Below, piece by piece: positions 39,690 to 51,253 of a stretch of 64,000 nucleotides of DNA. This DNA comes from Octopus sinensis (Eukaryota): NCBI RefSeq assembly GCF_006345805.1, contig NC_043012.1, positions 46,934,001 to 46,998,000 on the forward strand, given 5' to 3'. Each line of letters opens with the position of its first letter. The stretch's first letter is position 1. A model generated the notes under the pieces. That model saw only the letters and a program-made list of their open reading frames with translations. It searched no databases and was not told the origin of the DNA. The position numbers and the translations under genes are program-made.

Positions 39690-39867
39690 TTCTGGTACAT
39701 AAGAGAGGGTGCCGACAGTGCTGACAGGCTTAGTTGGAGTCCCATCTTCTGAGTTCTTTGACAGGGCTTAGAAAAACTGGAGGATCACTGCTATAAGTGA
39801 TCATTGCTTTAGCTGATCCTCCTGTATATTCTTTCACCCAAAGTCAGTAAATTCTCAGCAACCCTCG
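39690..39867 (+). mobile_element. Mariner 3'-end fragment with right TIR
   Basis: ..QGLEKLEDHCYK.. C-terminal remnant; ends CAGCAACCCTCG followed by TA, the TACGAGGG-type terminus. Confidence 0.5.
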
Positions 39868-40138
39868 TATTTTAATTAATCAAACATACATTTGTTTTCG
39901 TAGGGCTACTCAGTTCACACCTGGCATAAGTACTACAGCCGTGCGCTAAGCTATTATTCCTAGGATTGTGTTTCTCTTCAGGAATAACCATTAAGAATAA
40001 TCATCTGTAAAAAGAGTTAACTTAAATTTGTTGTCTTAGTATCACAGTTACTGTTATCCACAACACAGCTCATTTTTCTTTGTCATAAGCCCAGGCGTGA
40101 TTCTGTCGTACGAAGTTTGCTTTCCATATATATGCATA

Positions 40139-40390
40139 TCTCTTATTATAAAAGGCAGATTTTATCTGCCTCCCTTTGGGAGATATAGAAATCTACAATA
40201 TAGGATTTCTTCAATTACAATTTACCTAGCATTTTTAAGAGTAGAATGCATCGGGTCATGCCAGGTCCAGTTTTTAAAATTTAAACTCCAATTAAGCAAA
40301 CTTTACAGAAAACTCACATTCTGGTGTGTATGTCAAATGCTTTTCTTAGTCTGGTTTACAGCACACGCAAACGCACACACACAGTGTGCA
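40139..40390 (+). mobile_element. Probable Helitron 5' end, truncated
   Basis: A|TCTCTTATTATAAAAGGCAG start resembles non-autonomous Helitron 5' ends; no matching 3' end assigned. Confidence 0.4.
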
Positions 40391-41032
40391 ACGAATAAAA
40401 TGAAAGTAAATAGCGACAGAGTGATTTGAGGAAGACTAAACTGAAAGTATTTAAACCACTACTCAAAAAATAAAAAAAACACAGCAAACAGAAACAAATA
40501 AATACATAACGATTTACTCCTCACACAATTTCTTCAATTAGAGTGTACCCATGATTTTTCAGAGTACTTCAGTGGGTGATGCCATAAAAAATTTCTTTCA
40601 ATTTTACCACCAATTAAGACAAAATTCGAGAAAACTCAATATTTTAACATATCACTCCGAAAGCATTGATGTACATGTGTGCGTGCGTGAGTGTGTGTGT
40701 GTCATTCCTCACACACACGCATACACATACATATACAACTACATACAATTACATACACATACAACTACATACAAACACGTGTGTGTTTGTTATTAGTAAA
40801 AAAGGCGCCAAAACACAACTCACTTATCATTCCAACACATTTGCAAAGACACACGGACGGACAGAAAAGGTAAATTGGTTTTTATTTTACTCTGTATATA
40901 TTTTATTATATAATATTATATATAGATATATGTATATATAATTGCAGTATGAAACAGTGTTTATGTATAAACAGACGACACTTATATATAGTTATTATAA
41001 TAAGAGATTAATAAATGTATGCATCCGTTTAA

Positions 41033-41344
41033 CCCTTTCGTTACCAAGCCGCCCGAATTTACCTATTCATATTTAAATGAGAATATCAGAGCAAATCTCT
41101 TTAGTACATTCGTGAAAACACGTATTATACTTCGTAAACACTTCAACTACAGTTTTGTACAAAAATCGAAGTGTAATTTTAATTCCGTGAATTATGTGAA
41201 ATTTGTTCCTATTGTGTTTTCAAAATTTGTAATTCTGACAAAAAATGGATACGAATTTCATTATATCAAGCAGCGAGTCAGAATTCGAAGGATTTTCTAC
41301 TGAAGACCTTCATAAATCTAACTCTATGACTGAAAAAAAAAGCA
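41033..41344 (+). mobile_element. piggyBac-like left end with start of an acidic N-terminal ORF
   Basis: TTAA|CCCTTTCGTTACC terminus; ATG at 41245 gives MDTNFIISSSESEFEGFSTEDL; cut off by the Helitron at 41345. Confidence 0.45.
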
Positions 41345-42001
<657 letters not shown>

Positions 42002-42104
42002 CAGGCACACCTTTTCAGTAAGATATAATACCTGCTGATTTTCCGAAATGTAATGAAAGCGCTAAATAATTATCCATAATTCTGACTCGCTCCCTTGTTC
42101 TTGG

Positions 42105-43235
42105 AGGTATGGGGTTATGCCGAAGAGTTCATAGCTATGAAATCTTGCATGCGTTTATTTTAACTCGTATCAAGGACTGCATTGTTTCTTTCCAGCTAAG
42201 CTGATATCTGATTGTTCAAAGACGACTTTATATATAACTAATAGTTATGTCTTTTGGAAATGGAACAAAATTTGGTATCGTGGTGTTATAAAAGTATCCG
42301 CAGAAAAAAGACTGGAGCCCCGAAATACATTTATGCTGACATAGCTGCTATGAAGGGATAGTGTTGAAGATCACTGGTGTTCTGGACATCTTGCAGCTGC
42401 AACCACCGATGGAAACATCGATTGTATTCAACGCATCGTGATAAATGACGTGTGATTGACTATAAATCAAATAGTCAATTGATAGCTTATCCTGTGAGGA
42501 AGTTCAGAATAGTCTGATCTATGAACTTGGCACGACAAAGTTCTCCTCAGTCGATGCCACGTTTTCTAACACCTCATCAAAAGCGATCACATCACAGGAA
42601 AATCTAACATTGTTTTTGGCAGATGCAGCTGGTTTCTTTGTACATTTTCTAGAGTTGGATTCACCACTTTGCGCCAGAGACAAATCCATGCAGTGGAAAC
42701 ACCAGCTCCAAAGAAGGCTATGGTCGCTTTATCTACAAAGGTAATGACTTTGGTTTGTTTGGGATGCAAAAAGCTTTGTCTTTATTGGCTCACCCCATCA
42801 AAAGTCCACTCCATCAGGAGAGAGTAGTATGCAGATTTTCTTAGGCAGTTACGAAAGGCTATCAAAACCAACACCCAGAAAATCAGACGGAAGTCGTCTT
42901 TTTTTTATTAAGAAAATACTCCACCCCAACCGTGCGTGACTGTGGCCTTGTATGGGTTGATCGCCTTCCCTATTCTGTTCCACGAACGACAAGGAAAATA
43001 ATTTAGCTGGGAGCCAGTATCGCAGTCATGATAGCGCCATTTCTGCTGTTGATGTTGATGACTTGCTTTGCGCAACAAGGTGAAAGCTTCTTCACCAATA
43101 TAATCAAAACACTGCAAGACCGGTGGAAGAAATGTGTGAACTGCAAAGGTGACTATGTAGAAATATGCACGTCATTCTGTCACTTTTCATGAGAGTATCT
43201 TGGTCACATATGAAGTTTTTAGCGGATTTTCTTAA
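42105..43235 (+). mobile_element. Near full-length degenerate mariner transposon
   Basis: Broken frames: KIWYRGVIK, SGH.AAATTDGNID.IQRIV, QSMQWKH, K.MT.V.WDAK, LRQLRKAIKT, RWKKCVNCKGDYVE; decayed TIR-like ends with AAGAGTTCATAG / CATATGAAGTTTT. Confidence 0.8.
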
Positions 43236-44082
43236 TTCTCTACAAGAGAAATTGACCGACTGATTCGTACATTACAAGTCCAATCTGGGAGTGGAACAGT
43301 AAAAATATCCAAGACTTTTCCCAATTTCCAAATGTGAATTTCTCTGTGTTAACTACATCCCAAACATGGAGCCTTGTACATTTGCTGGAGACGGCTCCCT
43401 CCTAGTGGAATATTTATAATAATTAAAATCTAGAAGAGACATGACATACAAGCACATATTTATCTCTCTCACACTGTCATCCGGCACATTTTCATTGTTC
43501 TACTGAATTTGCTAGAGTAAATCTTTCTTCTACAGCTTCCTTATCCAGGCGACGGATGTAAGAGATGTTTTGTATTGATGAATCTCCCAAATTTCTTCCG
43601 TTTAGGTGTGTGACACCGTCTCTTGTAATCCTGTTAGATGAGAATATTCTACACCAAGGTAGGAATGGAGAGATTGACACAATTGTTAGGGAGAAGGAAC
43701 GGAGAAGAAATCGAAGGCAGTGAGAAAGATATAACTAAAAAATTGTCAAAATGCGTATACATTATCAGAAGAAACAATAATAGATTATCATTATGGATTA
43801 ACATGCTAACTACGGCCGACACAAATTTCATTGAATATAAGCAGACGCAATCGGACATAGTATGAGGTTTTCATGCGTATATGGACTATACGTATAGAAC
43901 ATGTATTTGTAAAAATATTACAACTAATTTGCACTAATTTCTTTCTCTGATACATGCTCTTTCTAGATATGTATTTTTATCTTTTGAAATTAAAGCGTAT
44001 TTCAAATAAATACAAATATACGTATACACATACCTACATGCACACTTACACACATGCAAACACACACAGAGACATATGCATG

Positions 44083-44125
<43 letters not shown>

Positions 44126-45686
44126 ATGTATATATATGTATGTACATATATATGTATGTGTGTATATATATGTATGTATATACATATATAGTTAACAGAA
44201 GAATATTGTCTATGTTAAACATATAATTATGTTTTCGATTTTATGTGCGTAAAATATATGTATAGCAGTTAAGTAATTTTCATGTTACCTATTCCTCGTG
44301 CGTGTTAGCCAACAACTTAATGTATATCATTAAATAGGGAAAATGTATAAAATATAATCTTTTTTCTGAAAATATATTAACTAACATAACCAATTGTAGG
44401 ATAACTGCTAATAGTTTCGAAAATATTTTGTCCGAAAATACCCACCACATACATTTTATGCATTACTATAGAACTGTAGCCAACTTACATATTATAAATA
44501 ATTGACGGTTACAATTTCTCTTAGTACTAATATAGCAGACTACTATTCTAAATTATATTTTGGAAAGATGCTTTTTTTTTTGTCTAGAAGTTTGAGTGAC
44601 CCAAATGTAAAGTATTCAAATACTTCTAAATAGGAGTCTATATAGCTGTCTAATAATAAAAAAATTGTTTTATAAACAATATATGTGGCTGAATCAGACG
44701 TACATGAATACCATGTGTAATTCTATAAAATGCTGGAATATTTATTGTAAATTCCATGCAAACATTCAAATGAAAATATATAGATCAGTCATATGATATG
44801 TATTGAATGATTGTTAAATATATTGTTTGGCTCTATAAAGTGTCAGCAACAGTTATTTTGATAAATTAGGAATCTAATTTCTGATTATCAATGAATAATT
44901 TTTTTAAAAAAAGCGAAAGAAGACAAGAAAATTGATTGTTTTTCTTCCATATAAAAACGAAACTGTCTTGTTTACAGTTTGAAACATTTCAGAAAAAAAA
45001 AAAGAGCAATGAAATTGTAAACACAGTATTAGCTTGTACGTGTTTAAAGCATTTGTTAAACGGCCATCTTAAGAAGCTCTTCATTGACAGCATGGAGCAG
45101 CCTGCTACCAATGGCACAGAATGCAGCTATTTAGATTGAAACTTGTTTATCTCTGTGTTCTTTTAGAGCGACTGCTTACATAGAAATAACTTTGTCTGAC
45201 ATGCGTGATATATTGGTTTCGTGTTTGAGTTTCAAATATTCTAAAACTCAATATGAATCCTTCGAGATTGTATTCATTATTTTGATATGGATGTCTAGTC
45301 TGCATTACATGCATCATACATTTCTACATAGAAATTAATAAAAACAGATCGTTTTAGCAGCCTGGATGAATTTAAAACGATACGTTTAATATTTTCGTTT
45401 CTATATCTCTAGGTGATTCAATAATTTACACTGCGGTGAGCGTGCGTTTCAAATTCAAATAGTAAGTTACTCATACCTGTTAAGATTTTGAAAATTGCTT
45501 AGTAAAAGTTTGGGTGTATTATTATTTGCTAGTATTCATACAAGTGAGCTCAATTAAAAATATTAATTGATCATGTCAGTATCAGTGGTTAGGAATAGCC
45601 ATTTAAATTTCATGTATTCCCAAAAAGCTTACATGAATAAGTATAACAGTTACATAAATCTGTAAACTTGTGTGAGTATTTATACA

Positions 45687-45735
<49 letters not shown>

Positions 45736-45777
45736 CGCATACATATATATGTATGTATATACATATCTATCTATCAA

Positions 45778-45833
<56 letters not shown>

Positions 45834-45836
<3 letters not shown>

Positions 45837-46100
45837 TTGTTCCTTCTCGAGCCACGCCTGGCTCATAGGGCCGGTTTCCCGGTTTCCTTGGCGTATAGGT
45901 TCCCCACCAGGACAGGACACCGGTCCGTCACATGTGAGTTGCACGATGCAGGAGGAAAGAGTGGGAGAAAGTTGTGGCGAAAGAGTCAGCAGAAGTTCCC
46001 CATTGCATTCTTCCAGACACATCGCTCGGTCTGAGATTTGAACCCGCGATCCCTCGACCGCTAGTCTGCTGCTCTAACCACTAGGCCATGTTCATTCACA
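45834..46100 (-). mobile_element. tRNA-derived SINE family C (V-domain-like core), copy 1
   Basis: A-box TGGCCTAGTGG, B-box GGTTCAAATCT, body GACGGACCGGTGTCCTGTCCTGGTG resembling the V-SINE core, tail GGCTCGAGAAGGAACAAAC. Confidence 0.8.
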
Positions 46101-46247
46101 CACGCGTGCACACACACACACACACACAGACACACACACACAACACACACACACACACACAAACACGCATACATATATATGTATGTATATACATATCTAT
46201 CTATCAATTTCTCTCTGTCTCTCTGTCTCTCTCTCTCTGTCTCTCTG

Positions 46248-46279
<32 letters not shown>

Positions 46280-46280
<1 letters not shown>

Positions 46281-46545
46281 GTTTGTTCCTTCTCGAGCCA
46301 CGCCTGGCTCATAGGGCCGGTTTCCCGGTTTCCTTGCGTATAGGTTCCCCACCAGGACAGGACACCGGTCCGTCACATGTGAGTTGCACGATGCAGGAGG
46401 AAAGAGTGGGAGAAAGTTGTGGCGAAAGAGTCAGCAGAAGTTCCCCATTGCATTCTTCCAGACACATCGCTCGGTCTGAGATTTGAACCCGCGATCCCTC
46501 GACCGCTAGTCTGCTGCTCTAACCACTAGGCCATGTTCATTCACA
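46280..46545 (-). mobile_element. SINE family C, copy 2
   Basis: Duplicate of 45834-46100. Confidence 0.8.
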
Positions 46546-46597
46546 CACGCGTGCACACACACACACACACACAGACACACACACACAAACACACACG

Positions 46598-46631
<34 letters not shown>

Positions 46632-46905
46632 AATGTATACATATATGTATGTAGGCCTGTTTGTTTTAGCACGTAGCGTAGGAAAATTTACTTGTAGCAT
46701 ACATTCAATTCAGTCTACTTACTGAGTCGATAAATGATTTACGAACGGGTTTTCCTTTCCCTGAACAGCTCTTATTCTCACTCATATTTCCATATGTCTC
46801 TCTCTTCCTTTCGCAAAAATTAGTGTTGCTGTCAGATGAAGAAAATTAAGCGATCCATGAGTTATTAGAATACTCATGATACAGATTCAACAAACAATAT
46901 ATATA

Positions 46906-47322
46906 GGCGCAGGGGTGGCTGTGTGGTAAGTAGCTTGTTTACCAACCACATAGTTTCGGGTTCAGTCCCACTGCGTGGCACCTTGGGTAAGTGTCTTCTA
47001 CTATAGCCTCGGGCCGACCAAAGCCTTGTGAGTGGATTTGGTAGACGGAAAGTGAAAGAAGCCCGTCGTATATATGTATATATATATATGCGTGTGTATG
47101 TTTGTGTGTCTATTTGTCTCCCTAGCATTGCTTGACAACCGATACTGGTGTGTTTATGTCCCCGTTACTTAGCGGTTCGGCAAAAGAGATCGATAGAATA
47201 AGTACTGGGCTTACAAAGAATAAGTCCCGGTGTCGAGTTGCTCGACTAAAGGCGGTGCTCCAGCATGGCCGCAGTCAAATGACTGAAACAAGTAAAAGAG
47301 TAAAAAAGAGGAAAAAAGAGTA
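46906..47322 (+). mobile_element. Full-length SINE family A
   Basis: tRNA-like head GGCGCAGGGGTGGCTGTGTGGTAAG...GGGTTCAGTCCC, body CACCTTGGGTAAGTGTCTT, central (TA)(GT) repeat, tail (AAAAGAGT)n. Confidence 0.9.
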
Positions 47323-47664
47323 TAACTTGAGACCAAATACACACACAGACACACACGCACACATACTCACACACACACACACACACGTACGCACATATAT
47401 TGGCTAAATTGTGTGTTTCGCTGTGCTTGAGTGACTGAATGTGAGTGTGCACGATAAAATATAGAAATGGAAAACTCTCTATTAATAAAAGGGTTACCTG
47501 CAGTTTCATAAAAATACAAGAAACATTCTAGGGGTCACATTTTAAGATTTAAGTAGTGGTTGCTAATTTTAAGTTTCCGGTAGATAGATTTCCCATCTTT
47601 CCAGCTGTAAGAGTGCATACTCATATTTCTTAAGGACATTTCTTACACCGAGAAATCCGCGTGA

Positions 47665-48250
47665 TATTTCTGTAAAGGCCACAAGGGGATAAACAAGGAC
47701 AGACAAAGGGATTAAGCTGATTACATCGACCCCAGTGCGTAACTGGTACTTAATTTATCGACCCCGAAAGAATTCAAGGCAAAGTCGACCTTGGCGGAAT
47801 TTGCATTCAGAATGTAACGGCGGACGAAATACCTATTTCTTTACTAATCACAAAGAGGCTAAACACAGAGAGGACAAACAAGGACAGAGAGACGGATTAA
47901 GTCGATTATATTGACCCCAGTGCGTAACTGGTACTTATTTAATCGACCCCGAAAGGATGAAAGGTAAAGTCGACCTCAGCGGAATTTGAACTTAGAACCT
48001 AAAGACGGACGAAATACATATTTCTTTACTAACCACAAGGGGCTAAACTCAGAGAGGACAAACAAGGAGAGGCAGATGGATTAAATCGATTATATCGACC
48101 ACAGTGCGTAACTGGTACTTATTTAATTGACCCCGAAAGGATGAAAGGCAAAGTCGACCTCGGCGGAATTTGAACTCAGAACGTAGCGGCAGACGAAATA
48201 CCGCTAAGCATTTCGCCCGGCGTGCTAACGTTTCTGCCAGCTTACCGCCT
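47665..48250 (-). mobile_element. SINE family B multimer: one head, three tandem bodies
   Basis: Head GGCGGTAAGCTGGCAGAAACGTTAGC at 48249 going downward. Unit junction TATTTCTTTACT at 48019 and 47834 (185-bp period); third unit shorter. Confidence 0.9.
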
Positions 48251-50513
48251 AAAAGCATCTTTGTGCTGCACAAAGCTTCACAGTGCATATTGTCTTATAA
48301 CGTGAATCTTGGATCTTTATCGCCTGGAACGAGCATAAATGTATTGAATGTTACAAGTGAGGACTTCATAATATTGCAACACACAGCCATAACCGTTCGC
48401 TTCTGGCTCTGCGCAGAGCTCCGTTTGGTAGAAATCAGCATATTATTGAATACATTATGGTCAATCTGGATAAATTTCAAATATATTCTCATGAAATGAG
48501 AGATATTTGAAGTCAGCCAGATTTCTAGGTTCTCCCTTGGAAGGCACGACTAACGCGGTAACTTTCCTAAGAGTAAAGAATACTTTTGTATTGTACTGAA
48601 ATTGCCATAAGTGTCAAACACAAGAACGATCAATTGCTGCATGTTCAATGATTCCGATATTTCCGAGTGCAGTTTTCAAATGTCATTCTTTATGTTTCAC
48701 ACTTGAATCTCCAGAAGCACGCAATATCTTAATGGGAAGCATGGATAGATAACAATCCTACTTTTGTTTCGCCTTCAATATAGTTATAAACGATTGGATT
48801 AAATACAAATGTACGTTATGAGTAGTGCGCTGAAAAAAAAACTAGCAAAGCTGAAAAGCTCTTGAACGATATTAGACTAAAGCCACAATTCAACACTATT
48901 ATATCAGAAAAGGTTCTCCGTGAGCTCTTTATCACAATACCCTTCGTATCATGAATGCTGGAGTATTTCGAAAGATTAGGAAATCCAGATAGTGATGACA
49001 ATCTCTCTATATATATATCAGCAAAATTTAGATTCAAACGAATATGGTACTTAAGTTAGATGCACCAATGTTTAATAAAATGACGTAGCGTTAAACGATC
49101 GTACCAAATTACCGAAGATATTCTTGTTGCTTATGTTGAGTATATATATATATATAATATATATTATGATGCATTTAATACTTTCAGTGTTCGTAAATGG
49201 ATAACTGGAAAGGACGGATTAAGAGATAAGATAGCTACTATTCTTAAGCTTGCAACAAAATAAAGAAAAAAAAACAATATTTTGGAAGGAACAATATTCC
49301 ACCAAACATCTTCATTCTGTTCAAAAGGTTGGTAAAACGACTAAAACACAGCATATGTCAGTTTGTTAAAATCGTCACCATTTAAAATAAAAGAGATTAT
49401 CTGATTACTCTAATAGTATGAGCAGTTTACTGAAATCAATTGATGGACCTTTGTTGTGTAGGTATTAGTCAAAAGATTGGATGAATCAGCATCATAATAT
49501 GCTACACATGAGTTGCAGTGCGGCCTCAATCAGGAAGACGCATTGAACATAATCGATTTGACGCGGAACCAGATTTCGCTGGCAGATTGTCGTAAATAGC
49601 ACAACGACGTAAACGCTTTGTGTGTATATGATCTTTACCAGAATATTTTCATTAAGAGATATATACATAATGTACGAAGCTTTGTATCAGTAAGACTCAA
49701 TGCAGAAAATTTAGGATTGCGACTGTATTACAAGTATCCCAGTAAACTACAGACGCTTTAAGAGTTAATTATGTACGTGTAGTGATTTCTAGTGAGCGAT
49801 TTTCCTCTTCAACATACATGTATACTGGCTCTGATTTCGCAAGATGAATATTGTTTAAAATATTTCAGTTTACAAAAATAGTTTCAATATCTTGTCGAGA
49901 TCACTGCCTATCATTCATCTACATTGGAAAATCATGAGCATCACAAAATCCCATTTCCAATAAATGTATCTGGATTGCGTGCCTAGCGGAACTAAAGTAA
50001 TATTTGCAATGATTTAATAATATTTAATATAACCACAATCAAAATATTAATTCTATTTTGTGCGAATGTTATACAACTATTGATACAAACTAATCAATTT
50101 GCTTCTTAATGTCAATATTTTCAGGAATTTACGTCTTAATTTATTCTGTCTCAAGATATATAGCAATAAATCCTAGAATTATATTTGCTTTTAAGCTAAT
50201 GGATTTCCCAACCTTGTTTATTCACATGTGTAACTGTCCAACGCATATTAAACATCAATATATGCGTAGGTATTTGGCAACAAGTGTGTACATCCACAAT
50301 TCAGTTAATTAAGTCATTCCTAGGAGTCCATGTGTACGTTATATTGAATACATATAAACCGAAAACATTCCATGTAGTATTTGTTTAGATATTTTAATAT
50401 TATTGAGCATGCTACAGTATGAGCAGGCACATTGACTGACACAATAGAAATATAACATTTAGAAGACAGAACAACAAATAACATTTTACAAAAACTATCA
50501 TCATTTACCTTAC

Positions 50514-50581
50514 TTTGCTATGGAATAATAAACATGCTGAGAATCTAGACATTCAGCTTCCCCATTCACTATTTCAAGTTT
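50514..50581 (-). other. Candidate 68-nt internal exon (KLEIVNGEAECLDSQHVYYSIAK)
   Basis: Minus-strand TTAGCAG acceptor, GTAAGG donor, open frame; no homology recognised. Confidence 0.2.
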
Positions 50582-50881
50582 CTGCTAATTAGATATATTA
50601 TAAATCTGCTGAAAAAAATATTACAAACATGAAGGAACACAATTATAAATCTATAATTCTAAATAATGTTTATCTGATTAGTAATAAACGTTTATTATTT
50701 TCTGAATTCTCAACCGTATCAAATTGATGATTTAGAGTCGTTTGTACTTATTTCGCATATTTCGACATGTTGCTTTGCATAAACAAATTGGTTGAATGGC
50801 TAAGTAACAATTCTGCCAACTGAATGGCCTACTATCGTGGGTTTTCCATCAACTTTCGGCTCTCTCTCTCTCTCTCTCTCT

Positions 50882-50918
<37 letters not shown>

Positions 50919-50922
50919 TGTG

Positions 50923-51034
<112 letters not shown>

Positions 51035-51044
51035 ATGTATATGT

Positions 51045-51253
51045 ATGTGACCGCGTGTGTACCGCTGGCGATTTTTTCTCCGTCTTCCCTTCTGTGGATC
51101 TTTCCTTTTCCTATGTTTCCGACGAAGAGCTCCGCTCGAAACGTTAAACCCTCCTTCTTTCCTTCTTTCCTGAGCGTCCAATAATACTATACTTGTTCCA
51201 CGTCCTCGCGTTGTTGTGTTTTCTCTTTGTGTTTTCATGTTTGGATTAGCTAT
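51045..51253 (+). mobile_element. ~205-bp non-coding repeat with hammerhead-like motif, copy 2
   Basis: Reverse complement of 27926-28133; embedded in a (TA)n tract. Confidence 0.75.
51115..51149 (+). ncRNA. Hammerhead-like motif, CCGACGA core variant
   Basis: Stem I GTTT(51115-18)/AAAC(51146-49), core 51119-25, extra A, stem II GAGC/GCTC, GAAAC, palindrome AACGTT. Confidence 0.55.

Larger units (their letters stand above)
45685..46560. repeat. Direct tandem duplication, period ~446 bp
   Basis: TGTTTGTTCCTTCTCGAG at 45834 and 46280. Unique parts look identical apart from a 1-bp indel (CCTTGGCGTA vs CCTTGCGTA); flanking microsatellites are duplicated too. Confidence 0.95.

Noticed and set aside
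39779-39822. 44-nt hairpin GGAGGATCA...TGATCCTCC
   Set aside because: Short, and lies at a probable deletion junction in a mariner 3' fragment.
43536-43658. 123-nt plus-strand exon with good splice sites
   Set aside because: All three frames contain stops.
47665-48250. CRISPR-like or satellite array
   Set aside because: Units are ~185-bp SINE bodies with no spacers; eukaryotic context.
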